Under the pieces are notes generated by a model. It did no database searches and was not told the DNA's origin. It was given only the letters and a program-made list of their open reading frames with translations. From assembly GCA_037130055.1 (NCBI GenBank), contig JBAXTS010000002.1:1-61373 (forward strand): DNA of 61,373 nucleotides. Reading direction: 5' to 3'. This DNA comes from a bacterium (lineage in GTDB: Bacteria; Patescibacteriota; Minisyncoccia; Phycocordibacterales; UBA9973). The position numbers and the translations under genes are program-made. Positions within the stretch are counted from its first letter, which is position 1; the number at the start of each line of letters is the position of its first letter. Below are positions 1-8,279 of this stretch, one piece after another.

Positions 1-124
1 AAAGGTAAGGAAAATTTTTGGTTTTTGCTCCCGCGACCGCAGGGAGCGGACGAGGTGCGCATCATTGGTCATCAGGATTCAATTCAAAATACATTCGAAC
101 TTTGTTTAACAAACACCGCAATTT

Positions 125-1075
125 TTATTTTGTGTGTATGGTCACGTAGATATCTTCTAGCGCACGAACAGCATCACCAGAGGCGATGTTGTTTTGATGA
201 TAGAGAATATTGGTGCAATCACCAGCAGCCCAGATACCTGGGATTTCAGTCTTTTGAGACCAAGCGTCAATTTTAATTTTACCTATCTCATTTAAGGGGA
301 TTAAACCTTTTACAAAATTAGTATTTGGAATTTGGCCTATTTCTACGAAAACACCAGTTGTTTTAATTTCTTTTTGTTCTCCTGTTTTGCTATCTTTATA
401 GACCAGTCCATCAACAAATTTTTCACCTTTTATTTCTAATATTTCAACACCAGTGATGGCTGACATTTTTGGATTCTTGAGGACTTTTTCAACAGTAATT
501 TCATCTGCACGGTAAGTGTCACTTCTGTTTATTAGAGTTACAGATTTACAGTAGGCGAGTAGCTGAGCAGCTGATTCGAATGCTGCATTGCCTCCACCGA
601 CGACTACGACGTCTTGTCCTTCGTAAAGTGGCCCATCACAAGAAGCACAATAGGTGAGTCCTTTGTGTTCAAGCCTGTCTGCATTTTTTGCTGGGAGTTT
701 TCTTCGGCTACTGCCTGTTGTTATTAGTATCGTTTTAGTTTCAAATTCTTTTCCTGATTCTGTTTTTACTTTAAAACCAGCTTCACTTTTCAAAATTTCT
801 TTTGCTTTTTCACCTTCTTCTAATATTAGGAAGTCGCCTGTGTTTGCTAATACATGCGCTTTGAAGTTCTGCGCAAGGTCATTTCCAGAAATTTCTGGAG
901 TTCCTATCCAGTTGAAAATCTTTTCAGAGACGATACTTTGTCCACCCCACTCTGGGGTAATAAAGAGTGTTTTAAGCCTTTTGCGGGCAGCATAAACAGA
1001 TGCAGCACTACCAGCTGGCCCACCTCCTATAATTACAAGGTCGTAAATAGTATTCATATTTACATTATACACCAT
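125..1075 (-). CDS. trxB: thioredoxin-disulfide reductase-like FAD/NAD(P) oxidoreductase
   Basis: 316-aa ORF with N-terminal GGGPAG FAD motif, redox CASC (CxxC) and a second GGGNAA dinucleotide motif. Confidence 0.85.
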   Translation of the reverse strand: MVYNVNMNTIYDLVIIGGGPAGSAASVYAARKRLKTLFITPEWGGQSIVSEKIFNWIGTPEISGNDLAQNFKAHVLANTGDFLILEEGEKAKEILKSEAGFKVKTESGKEFETKTILITTGSSRRKLPAKNADRLEHKGLTYCASCDGPLYEGQDVVVVGGGNAAFESAAQLLAYCKSVTLINRSDTYRADEITVEKVLKNPKMSAITGVEILEIKGEKFVDGLVYKDSKTGEQKEIKTTGVFVEIGQIPNTNFVKGLIPLNEIGKIKIDAWSQKTEIPGIWAAGDCTNILYHQNNIASGDAVRALEDIYVTIHTK

Positions 1076-1087
1076 ACGTCAATTTTT

Positions 1088-2296
1088 TTACTTTTTATTC
1101 CTTCGGAGGAATGCTGGAACTGCGCTCCAGTCATCGCCGTCGTCTTCTATTATGTCTTCTTTAACTTCCTTTTTGATAGTGCTGTCCATCTTTTTAAGAA
1201 AATCATTATTACTATTGATATTTCCATTTTGGAGACTGTTGTGAATTTCTTTTTTGATAACAACAGGACTTTCGTCTTTAACAAGTGTCGTCTGATTTCC
1301 TCCGATATTTGTTCCACTAAAAAGGCTTTTGCGAGGCGTATCAGCAGGGAAGCTAGTAGCGATTACGGTGACTTTGATTTCTCCCTTCTTTAATTTTTCG
1401 TCGCGTATAGTTCCGAAGATTACTTTTGCATCCTTGTCTATAGATTCAGTAATTATTTTTGCTGCTTCTTGGATTTCGTTGATAGTCAAATCATCGCCAC
1501 CCGAAATTGCAAAGAGCACGCCTTTTGCTCCATGAATTGATACTTCAAGGAGAGGGGAATTGATTGCAGCAAGAGCGGCTTTTTCTGCACGCTTCTCACC
1601 AGAGGCGCTACCTATGCCCATAAGAGCAGAGCCAGCATTTGCCATGACAGCCTTGATGTCAGCAAAGTCAACATTTATGACACCAGGAGTGGTGATAAGG
1701 TCAGAAATGCCTTCTACTGCTTGACGCAATACATCATCACATTTTACGAAAGCGTCTTTAAAATTGGTGTTTTTTTCAGCTAATTGAAGTAATTTATCGT
1801 TTGGAATTATGATAATTGCATCTACTTCCTTTGCAAGTTCCTCGATTCCTTTTTCGGCAATTTTCATTCTGTGATTACCTTCAAAAAAGAATGGCTTCGT
1901 GGTCACAGCGACAGTCAATATTCCTTGCTCCCTCGCTGCGCGTGCCACTATTGGAGCTGCTCCTGTTCCTGTGCCTCCTCCCATACCGCATGCAAGGAAA
2001 ATCATGTCTGCACCTTTGATGACATCTTGAATTTCTGATTTTGTTTCTTCTGCAGCTTTTTTGCCAACCTCAGGATCCATTCCTGCACCAAGACCTTTGG
2101 TCAAATTTTTTCCGATGTGAATTTTTTTCTCAGCAAGAGAGTGGTGTAGATCCTGTGTATCTGTGTTCATGCAGATGAAAGAGACACCCTTGACCTTAGA
2201 ATTTATCATATGGTTCACGGCATTCTTCCCTGACCCTCCAATTCCTATGACCATAATACGGGCAAAGCTTTCTATTTCCTGGTTTACTTTTGGCAT
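1088..2296 (-). CDS. ftsZ: cell division GTPase FtsZ
   Basis: GGGTGTGAAP tubulin signature; C-terminal PAFLRR peptide; lies directly downstream of ftsA. Confidence 0.97.
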   Translation of the reverse strand: MPKVNQEIESFARIMVIGIGGSGKNAVNHMINSKVKGVSFICMNTDTQDLHHSLAEKKIHIGKNLTKGLGAGMDPEVGKKAAEETKSEIQDVIKGADMIFLACGMGGGTGTGAAPIVARAAREQGILTVAVTTKPFFFEGNHRMKIAEKGIEELAKEVDAIIIIPNDKLLQLAEKNTNFKDAFVKCDDVLRQAVEGISDLITTPGVINVDFADIKAVMANAGSALMGIGSASGEKRAEKAALAAINSPLLEVSIHGAKGVLFAISGGDDLTINEIQEAAKIITESIDKDAKVIFGTIRDEKLKKGEIKVTVIATSFPADTPRKSLFSGTNIGGNQTTLVKDESPVVIKKEIHNSLQNGNINSNNDFLKKMDSTIKKEVKEDIIEDDGDDWSAVPAFLRRNKK

Positions 2297-2465
2297 TTTT
2301 TCTTGTCCCGCCGTAGCGAGCTGAGTTAATTTTTAATAAAAAGTTATGAAACCTATATAAACCCTATAATAGCAGAAAACAAAAAAAAGCAAAGTTTTTG
2401 TCTATTTATAGAAAACTGGGTATTATTCTTTTCCTAGAGCTTAGCATCTAGGGCCAGATGTCTAT

Positions 2466-3629
2466 CTACGGCATTAACTGTTTAATGCTTGATTTTATTA
2501 TGTTTTTTAAATCTTTAAGGATGTTTGAGAAGGAACTTTCGTTGTAGTTTCCGTTATACTTGCCAGCGGTTAGCAGCCCCAAGACAGTAAACCAAGAAGA
2601 ATCTCTAAGTTTAGTTTTAGAATTACCGAATATATCGATAGTTCCCAAACTTGAAGGAAGCCTTAGTGTAGATTTCGACAATTCCAACAGCCCAGGAAGA
2701 TTTGCGCCCCCACCCACAAATACAATACCTGCAGGCAGAAGCTCTGATCTTTTTATTTTTTTCAAATTATTCTCAATCGACTCAAAAATATCCAATAGAC
2801 GTGCATCAATTATTTCATCAAGTTTTTTCTTAGAAAATTCCTCAGTAATATTTCCAAGCTTGAAATTTTCTGCTTTTTCTAAAGTAATTTTAAATCCCAA
2901 AGCAATATCATTTGTGATTTCCGATGAACCAATTGAAAAAGTACATGTATATATCATCAAACCATTTTCAAAAACAGAAAGAGAGGTGGTTTGGTCTCCT
3001 ATGTTTACCAATGCCACGCCGACTATCTTTTGCCTTTCTGACAAAGCTATATAATTAACTGCAATTGGCGAAGCGACTACATCTATGGTTTCTACGCCGG
3101 CTTCTGCTACAACGCTGAGCAAATCTTCCAGGTGCTGCATAGAATAAGTAACAAATAGTGCCTTTGCTTCAAGCTTTGTTCCTCGCATGCCTTCTAATCT
3201 GCCTAGTACTTCTTTGCCATCGAGGCGAAAGGAAAGAGGATACATATGTATAATTTTCTTGTTTTCTAGATTTAAATTTTCCTCACAGTCTTGTAGCGCC
3301 TTGTTTATGTCTAGATTGGTTACTTCTCCATCTGCCTTAGAAATAATTGTAGAACCAGAACCAGTCTCTCCTTTTAATGTAGTGCCCGAAAGTGAAACGA
3401 AACCTTTTTTAATTTTTATACCTGAAGTTTTTTCTGCTAGATCTAAGGCTTTTCTTATTGAAATTGCAGCAAGAGCAGAATTCGTTATATAACCATGTCT
3501 TACACCCAACGTTTCAGTTTCACCAACGCCAATAATTTTAGGATATTTTTCTCCTTTTATAAACTCTCCGACCACGACACGAGTCATGGACGATCCCACA
3601 TCTATTCCCACAGAAATATTTTTGATCAT
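2466..3629 (-). CDS. ftsA: cell division protein FtsA
   Basis: Actin-like ATPase N-terminus ISVGIDVGSS; adjacent to ftsZ; start taken at internal ATG 3629 (ORF track start is 3662). Confidence 0.92.
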   Translation of the reverse strand: MIKNISVGIDVGSSMTRVVVGEFIKGEKYPKIIGVGETETLGVRHGYITNSALAAISIRKALDLAEKTSGIKIKKGFVSLSGTTLKGETGSGSTIISKADGEVTNLDINKALQDCEENLNLENKKIIHMYPLSFRLDGKEVLGRLEGMRGTKLEAKALFVTYSMQHLEDLLSVVAEAGVETIDVVASPIAVNYIALSERQKIVGVALVNIGDQTTSLSVFENGLMIYTCTFSIGSSEITNDIALGFKITLEKAENFKLGNITEEFSKKKLDEIIDARLLDIFESIENNLKKIKRSELLPAGIVFVGGGANLPGLLELSKSTLRLPSSLGTIDIFGNSKTKLRDSSWFTVLGLLTAGKYNGNYNESSFSNILKDLKNIIKSSIKQLMP

Positions 3630-3945
3630 ATTTTTCTTCCTTTTTCTCCATTGTACTACCATGTTCCATTCCTTCCAAATGAAGCATCCCGTGGATAACT
3701 AAGAATCCAATAAATTGTTCAAAAGTTCTGCCGAAATTTTTAGCTTCTTTTCTGATTACTGTAGGACATAGAATTATCTCGCCCAAATCTATGCGCAGAG
3801 AAAAAGACAATATGTTTGTAGGCTTATTTATTTTTCTATATTTATTATTTAAGAATTTGGATGTTTTTTCGTCAACATACGCGACAGAAAGGGAATATTT
3901 CTTTCCCAAAATATCATTCTTTATTATAGAAAAATCTTTTTCCAT
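3538..3945 (-). CDS. ybeY: rRNA maturation endoribonuclease YbeY
   Basis: HGMLHLEGMEH zinc-binding motif; size fits the family; the 3' end overlaps the ftsA start. Confidence 0.85.
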   Translation of the reverse strand: MEKDFSIIKNDILGKKYSLSVAYVDEKTSKFLNNKYRKINKPTNILSFSLRIDLGEIILCPTVIRKEAKNFGRTFEQFIGFLVIHGMLHLEGMEHGSTMEKKEEKYDQKYFCGNRCGIVHDSCRGRRVYKRRKIS

Positions 3946-3947
3946 TT

Positions 3948-4181
3948 TTACTTAGTAACCATTTTACCGAGTTTTTTGAGTTTTTCTATTTCTTTTCTTC
4001 TTGTCATTCTCTTTAGAGCGCTTTTCTTTACTTTGAGCTTTGATTCTTTTCTGACGTTATAGCGAGCGCCCTTTACTTTACGGATTATTCCTGATTCTTG
4101 GATTCTTCTAGAGAAACGTCTCAAAATACTCGAATTGTTTTCGTTTGGGTTTTTCTTTACTTCGATTACTGTTTTAGCCAT
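3948..4181 (-). CDS. rpsU: 30S ribosomal protein S21 (tentative)
   Basis: 77-aa very basic protein with an ILRRFSRRIQESGI...K pattern resembling bS21. Confidence 0.7.
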   Translation of the reverse strand: MAKTVIEVKKNPNENNSSILRRFSRRIQESGIIRKVKGARYNVRKESKLKVKKSALKRMTRRKEIEKLKKLGKMVTK

Positions 4182-4246
4182 ATAGATGTAAGGTTATCAT
4201 AAAAAATATTTTTAGCAAGTTATGGTTCGCAAAAACTCTGAATTTA

Positions 4247-4275
4247 TTGACTTTCATGAATAATAATTATAATAT
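4247..4275 (+). promoter_or_regulatory. sigma70-like promoter of greA (TTGACT-N17-TAATAT)
   Basis: The -10 hexamer ends 8 nt before the greA ATG, which implies an essentially leaderless mRNA. Confidence 0.5.
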
Positions 4276-4283
4276 AAACACCT

Positions 4284-4754
4284 ATGAATCAATCAGGAGA
4301 TTATATAACAGAAGAAAAAAGACGTTCGCTTGAAGCAGAACTCAATGATTTAAAAGGTCCAAAAAGAAAAGAAATTTTGGAGAATTTAGAGTATGCCAAG
4401 TCTCTTGGTGATCTATCAGAAAATGCTGAATATCATCAAACTCGGGAAGAACAAGGCAAGCTGGAAGCACGTATCGCTAAAATTGAGCAGATTTTGCTGT
4501 CGTCAGAAGTAGTGAAGGTAGGTGGTGGTGGTGATATTATAGAAATTGGCTCAAAAGTAGCTGTGCAAAAGGAAGGTACCAAAGAAGAAAAAATTTATGT
4601 TATAGTTGGTTCAGAGGAGGCGGACATGCTGAAAGGCAAAATTTCAAACCGCTCTCCTTTTGGTGAAGCACTTTTTGGTAAAAAAAAGGGAGACAAAGTA
4701 TCTTTCAAAACTCCAAATGGTCTAGTCAATTATAAAATCACAAATGTTTCTTAA
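4284..4754 (+). CDS. greA: transcription elongation factor GreA
   Basis: N-terminal coiled coil with GDLSENAEY motif; C-terminal FKBP-like domain; 156 aa. Confidence 0.92.
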   Translation: MNQSGDYITEEKRRSLEAELNDLKGPKRKEILENLEYAKSLGDLSENAEYHQTREEQGKLEARIAKIEQILLSSEVVKVGGGGDIIEIGSKVAVQKEGTKEEKIYVIVGSEEADMLKGKISNRSPFGEALFGKKKGDKVSFKTPNGLVNYKITNVS

Positions 4755-4794
4755 CTTTTGCTTCGCGAGTCAATCGAAGTAAATAAATTGCACA

Positions 4795-6255
4795 ATGTCT
4801 TCAATTGATGAGATTAGGGACGCTCGAATAAAAAAACTTAAGCTCTTACAAAGTAAGGGAATAAATCCATACCCAGCAGAATCAAAAAGAGAGATATCTT
4901 TGAATTTTGCAGTTCTTAATTTTGATGATCTTGAGAAAAACAAAGCTTCCAAATGGATAGCTGGTAGAATCATGTCTATACGTGGGCAGGGTGCTATTGT
5001 ATTTATTACTTTATATGATGGCACAGCCTCATTTCAGGGTTTATTAAAGAAAGATCTCATTGGTGATGAAATATTTAATTTTTGGGCTGAGGTAGTTGAT
5101 ATAGGTGATTTTGTAGAATTAGAAGGAACATTTTTTAAAACAAATCGTGGAGAAAAAACAATCGAGGCAAAGAACTGGCGCATGCTTTCAAAAAGCTTGC
5201 GCCCGCTTCCTGAGAAGTGGCATGGACTCGTTGACGTGGAGGAAAGATTTAGGAAACGATATTTGGATATTTTAATGAATCCAGAACTAAAGGATGTTTT
5301 TGAAAAGAAAGCAAAGTTTTGGGAAGCATTTCGCAATTTTTTGAAGAACGAAAGTTTTCTTGAAGTTGAAACTCCTACAATAGAGGTCACGACAGGTGGG
5401 GCTGAGGCGCGACCATTCAAGACACATCACAACGATTTTGATATTGATGTTTACATGAGAATCTCTGTTGGAGAACTTTGGCAAAAGAGATTGCTCGCTG
5501 CTGGTTTCCCGCGTGTCTTTGAAATTGGTAGAGTCTATCGAAACGAAGGATCCAGCCCAGAACATTTACAAGAATTTACCAACATGGAGTTTTATGCTGC
5601 TTATATGGACTACAAGCAGGGTATTGAGTTTACAGAAAGAATGATAAAAGAAGTCGCTGAGAAAACTTTTGGAAAATTGCAGTTTCAAATTCATGGCCAT
5701 GAAGTGGACCTTTCTACAAAATGGGAGCAAATTGCTTATGTTGATACTATTCAAAAAATGTTAGGCATAGATGTGCTAACTGCCTCTGAGAGAGAAATGA
5801 CTAATAAATTGGATGAACTCGGAGTGAAATATGATGGAAACAACAAAGAGCGTTTGACAGACTCACTTTGGAAGCACTGCAGAAAGCAAATTGTCGGACC
5901 TGTATGGCTCGTTGATATTCCAAAGCTCGTATCGCCACTTTCAAAAGCAAAAACCGATAATCCACTTTTGACAGAGCGCGTTCAGCTTCTTCTCGCTGGT
6001 GCAGAAATAACAAATGGATTTTCTGAGTTGAATGACCCTATTGACCAAGATAGCCGTTTTGAGATTCAGAGGAAATTAATAGAGAAAGGGGATGATGAGG
6101 CCATGATGCCAGACTTAGAATTCGTAGAAATGCTCGAGCATGGCATGCCTCCGGCTTTCGGTTTTGGAATTGGAGAACGTTTGTTTGCATTCCTAATAGA
6201 CAAGCCTATTCGCGAGACTCAACTGTTTCCTTTGATGAGGCCACTCAAAGAATAA
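4795..6255 (+). CDS. lysS: lysine--tRNA ligase (class II)
   Basis: OB-fold N-terminus and class II core with RVYRNEG motif; overall LysRS pattern. Confidence 0.95.
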   Translation: MSSIDEIRDARIKKLKLLQSKGINPYPAESKREISLNFAVLNFDDLEKNKASKWIAGRIMSIRGQGAIVFITLYDGTASFQGLLKKDLIGDEIFNFWAEVVDIGDFVELEGTFFKTNRGEKTIEAKNWRMLSKSLRPLPEKWHGLVDVEERFRKRYLDILMNPELKDVFEKKAKFWEAFRNFLKNESFLEVETPTIEVTTGGAEARPFKTHHNDFDIDVYMRISVGELWQKRLLAAGFPRVFEIGRVYRNEGSSPEHLQEFTNMEFYAAYMDYKQGIEFTERMIKEVAEKTFGKLQFQIHGHEVDLSTKWEQIAYVDTIQKMLGIDVLTASEREMTNKLDELGVKYDGNNKERLTDSLWKHCRKQIVGPVWLVDIPKLVSPLSKAKTDNPLLTERVQLLLAGAEITNGFSELNDPIDQDSRFEIQRKLIEKGDDEAMMPDLEFVEMLEHGMPPAFGFGIGERLFAFLIDKPIRETQLFPLMRPLKE

Positions 6256-6374
6256 ATATAATCTAGAAAATCAACCAAAAGCCATATTTTAATGGTTTTT
6301 TTGTATTTTAATATGGCAAAGTTATCCACATTTATATTTGGCTTTATTGAGTTGTTTGGAATATAATATATCAA

Positions 6375-6389
6375 GTGGGAAAAAGTGGG
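6375..6389 (+). promoter_or_regulatory. two direct GTGGG repeats 10 nt apart (MraZ-box-like) next to a TATAAT at 6362-6367
   Basis: AAGTGGGAAA occurs twice in tandem about 130 nt upstream of mraZ. MraZ proteins are known to bind GTGG-type direct repeats with about 10-nt phasing. Confidence 0.4.
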
Positions 6390-6406
6390 AAATTTTAAGA
6401 AGCGGC

Positions 6407-6501
6407 AGCGACTATAAAATTTCACCACCCTGTTAAATAATTTTTGCAAAGCAAAAATTGCCCAAAAGGCATTTAACAGGGTAAATATTTTTATGTTCGC
6501 T
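6407..6501 (+). repeat. S-element copy 1: palindromic promoter/leader module upstream of mraZ
   Basis: Homologous to the reverse complement of 54121-54218. It has an 11-bp closing stem CCCTGTTAAAT/ATTTAACAGGG around two internal hairpins. Confidence 0.8.
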
Positions 6502-6521
6502 TTACTCACTAAAAATTATTT

Positions 6522-6968
6522 ATGCTCATAGGCGAATACATACACACAATAGATGAGAAGAACAGAGTATCTATGCCAGCAAAATTTCGCAAAGAGCTCG
6601 GCAAGAAAATTATTATTACTCCCGGATTAGATTCTTGTTTGTTTATTTTCACAATCAAAGAATGGGAAAAAGTTAGTAAGAAACTTTCAGATTCCGAGAA
6701 CGATTTATCTTTCTTAAAAGCAGACCAGAGAAGTTTCAATAGATACATGTTCGGAAGGGCAGCTGAGGTAGAGATAGATTCTATTGGCAGAATCTTGATA
6801 CCTGACTTCTTGAAAGACAGAATTGGACTGAAGGACAAGGCAGCGATTATCGGAGTAGAGGATAGAGTAGAAGTTTGGAACGACAAGGTGTGGTCGCAGA
6901 ATCAGGAGGCTGTAGAAAAGCAAGCAGGTGAATTGGCCGAGAAGCTTGGAAATAGCCACAGTTTATAA
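6522..6968 (+). CDS. mraZ: division/cell wall cluster transcriptional regulator MraZ
   Basis: N-terminus ...DEKNRVSMPAKFR and a duplicated SpoVT/AbrB-like half; heads the rsmH-ftsL-ftsI cluster. Confidence 0.93.
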   Translation: MLIGEYIHTIDEKNRVSMPAKFRKELGKKIIITPGLDSCLFIFTIKEWEKVSKKLSDSENDLSFLKADQRSFNRYMFGRAAEVEIDSIGRILIPDFLKDRIGLKDKAAIIGVEDRVEVWNDKVWSQNQEAVEKQAGELAEKLGNSHSL

Positions 6969-6969
6969 G

Positions 6970-7917
6970 ATGACCTCACACACAGACCGAGGGGAGAAGG
7001 AAAGCATCCACAAGACAGTTCTTTTAAATGAAACAATAGATGGTTTGAATTTAAATTCAAAGTCAGTAGTTCTAGATTGCACGTTTGGAGGAGGAGGACA
7101 TTCTCTTGAAGTTTGTAAGAGAAACAAAGACACAAAGATAATCGCAATTGATCAAGATGAGGGTGCCTTCAAGAAAGCCAAAAGCAAACTAAAGGACTTG
7201 AATTGTAATATTTCCTATATCAATACAAATTTCAAGGATTTAAAAAATGCTTTAGAAAAAGAAAACGTGAAAGAAGTAGATGGAATTATATTTGACTTAG
7301 GTTTGAGTTCTGACCAATTAGAAAATTCTGGACGAGGGTTTTCCTTTATGAGGAATGAGCCACTCCTGATGACCATGAAGGAAAATCCTTCGAGAGAAGA
7401 CATTACTGCGAGTGACATTGTAAATACTTGGGAGGAGAAAAATTTAGCTGACATTATTTATGGCTATGGAGAGGAGAGGTATAGCAGAAGAATAGCCAAG
7501 GCGATAGTGGATGCCAGGAAAAAATCCAAAATAGAAAGCACCTTTGATTTAGTAAGGATTATAGAAAGTTCAGTACCGAGAGCATATAGAAGCGGTAAGA
7601 TACATTTTGCCACAAGAACATTTCAAGCATTACGTATAGCAGTTAATGACGAACTAGGAGTATTGCAGCTTGGATTGCAGAGCGGATTTGAGAAATTAAG
7701 GATCGGAGGAAGAATGTCAGTCATAAGTTTCCATAGTTTGGAGGATAGGATTACAAAGAAATTTTATTCCGCCAAAGGCGGATCCGCCTCAGGCGGAAAA
7801 GAAAATAGAGTTGCAAAAATTATTACAAAAAAACCGATTAGAGCAAGTTTAGAAGAAGTAAAAAATAACCCGAGATCACGAAGTGCCAAATTAAGAGTAT
7901 TAGAAAAAACAGCATGA
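6970..7917 (+). CDS. rsmH: 16S rRNA (cytosine1402-N4)-methyltransferase RsmH
   Basis: SAM methyltransferase family pattern; conserved position after mraZ; start set at ATG 6970, just after the mraZ stop. Confidence 0.92.
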   Translation: MTSHTDRGEKESIHKTVLLNETIDGLNLNSKSVVLDCTFGGGGHSLEVCKRNKDTKIIAIDQDEGAFKKAKSKLKDLNCNISYINTNFKDLKNALEKENVKEVDGIIFDLGLSSDQLENSGRGFSFMRNEPLLMTMKENPSREDITASDIVNTWEEKNLADIIYGYGEERYSRRIAKAIVDARKKSKIESTFDLVRIIESSVPRAYRSGKIHFATRTFQALRIAVNDELGVLQLGLQSGFEKLRIGGRMSVISFHSLEDRITKKFYSAKGGSASGGKENRVAKIITKKPIRASLEEVKNNPRSRSAKLRVLEKTA

Positions 7918-8279
7918 AACAAGCAAGTCTAAAATTGAAAATGAGCATACAGAATGTAAATATTATTGATAATAATATTGAAGTTCAAAAAATTATTTTG
8001 AGGACCATGCTTTTGATAATAGCCACGTTGGCAATATTCTATGTTCTTATTTTAGGAAATATGGTTTTCAATATTACACAAAGAAAGGTTTTAGAAAAGG
8101 AGGCACTTGTTCTTTCTAGTGAAGTTGGAAATTTGGAACTTTCTTATTTATCTATATCTAACAAGGTTGATTTGACTCTTTCATCGTCTATGGGATTCAA
8201 GGAAACTCGCGCTAGTTTTGCGACTCGCAAATCTCTTAGCAGTATAGGCAGTTTGAGCTCGAACAACAATGAAATATAG
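7914..8279 (+). CDS. FtsL-like single-pass membrane protein
   Basis: One transmembrane helix plus a coiled-coil segment; lies between rsmH and ftsI. Confidence 0.55.
   Translation: MKQASLKLKMSIQNVNIIDNNIEVQKIILRTMLLIIATLAIFYVLILGNMVFNITQRKVLEKEALVLSSEVGNLELSYLSISNKVDLTLSSSMGFKETRASFATRKSLSSIGSLSSNNNEI

Noticed and set aside
854-1393. 179-aa plus-strand ORF spanning the trxB/ftsZ junction
   Set aside because: It is antisense to two conserved genes and crosses their intergenic gap, with no start signals.
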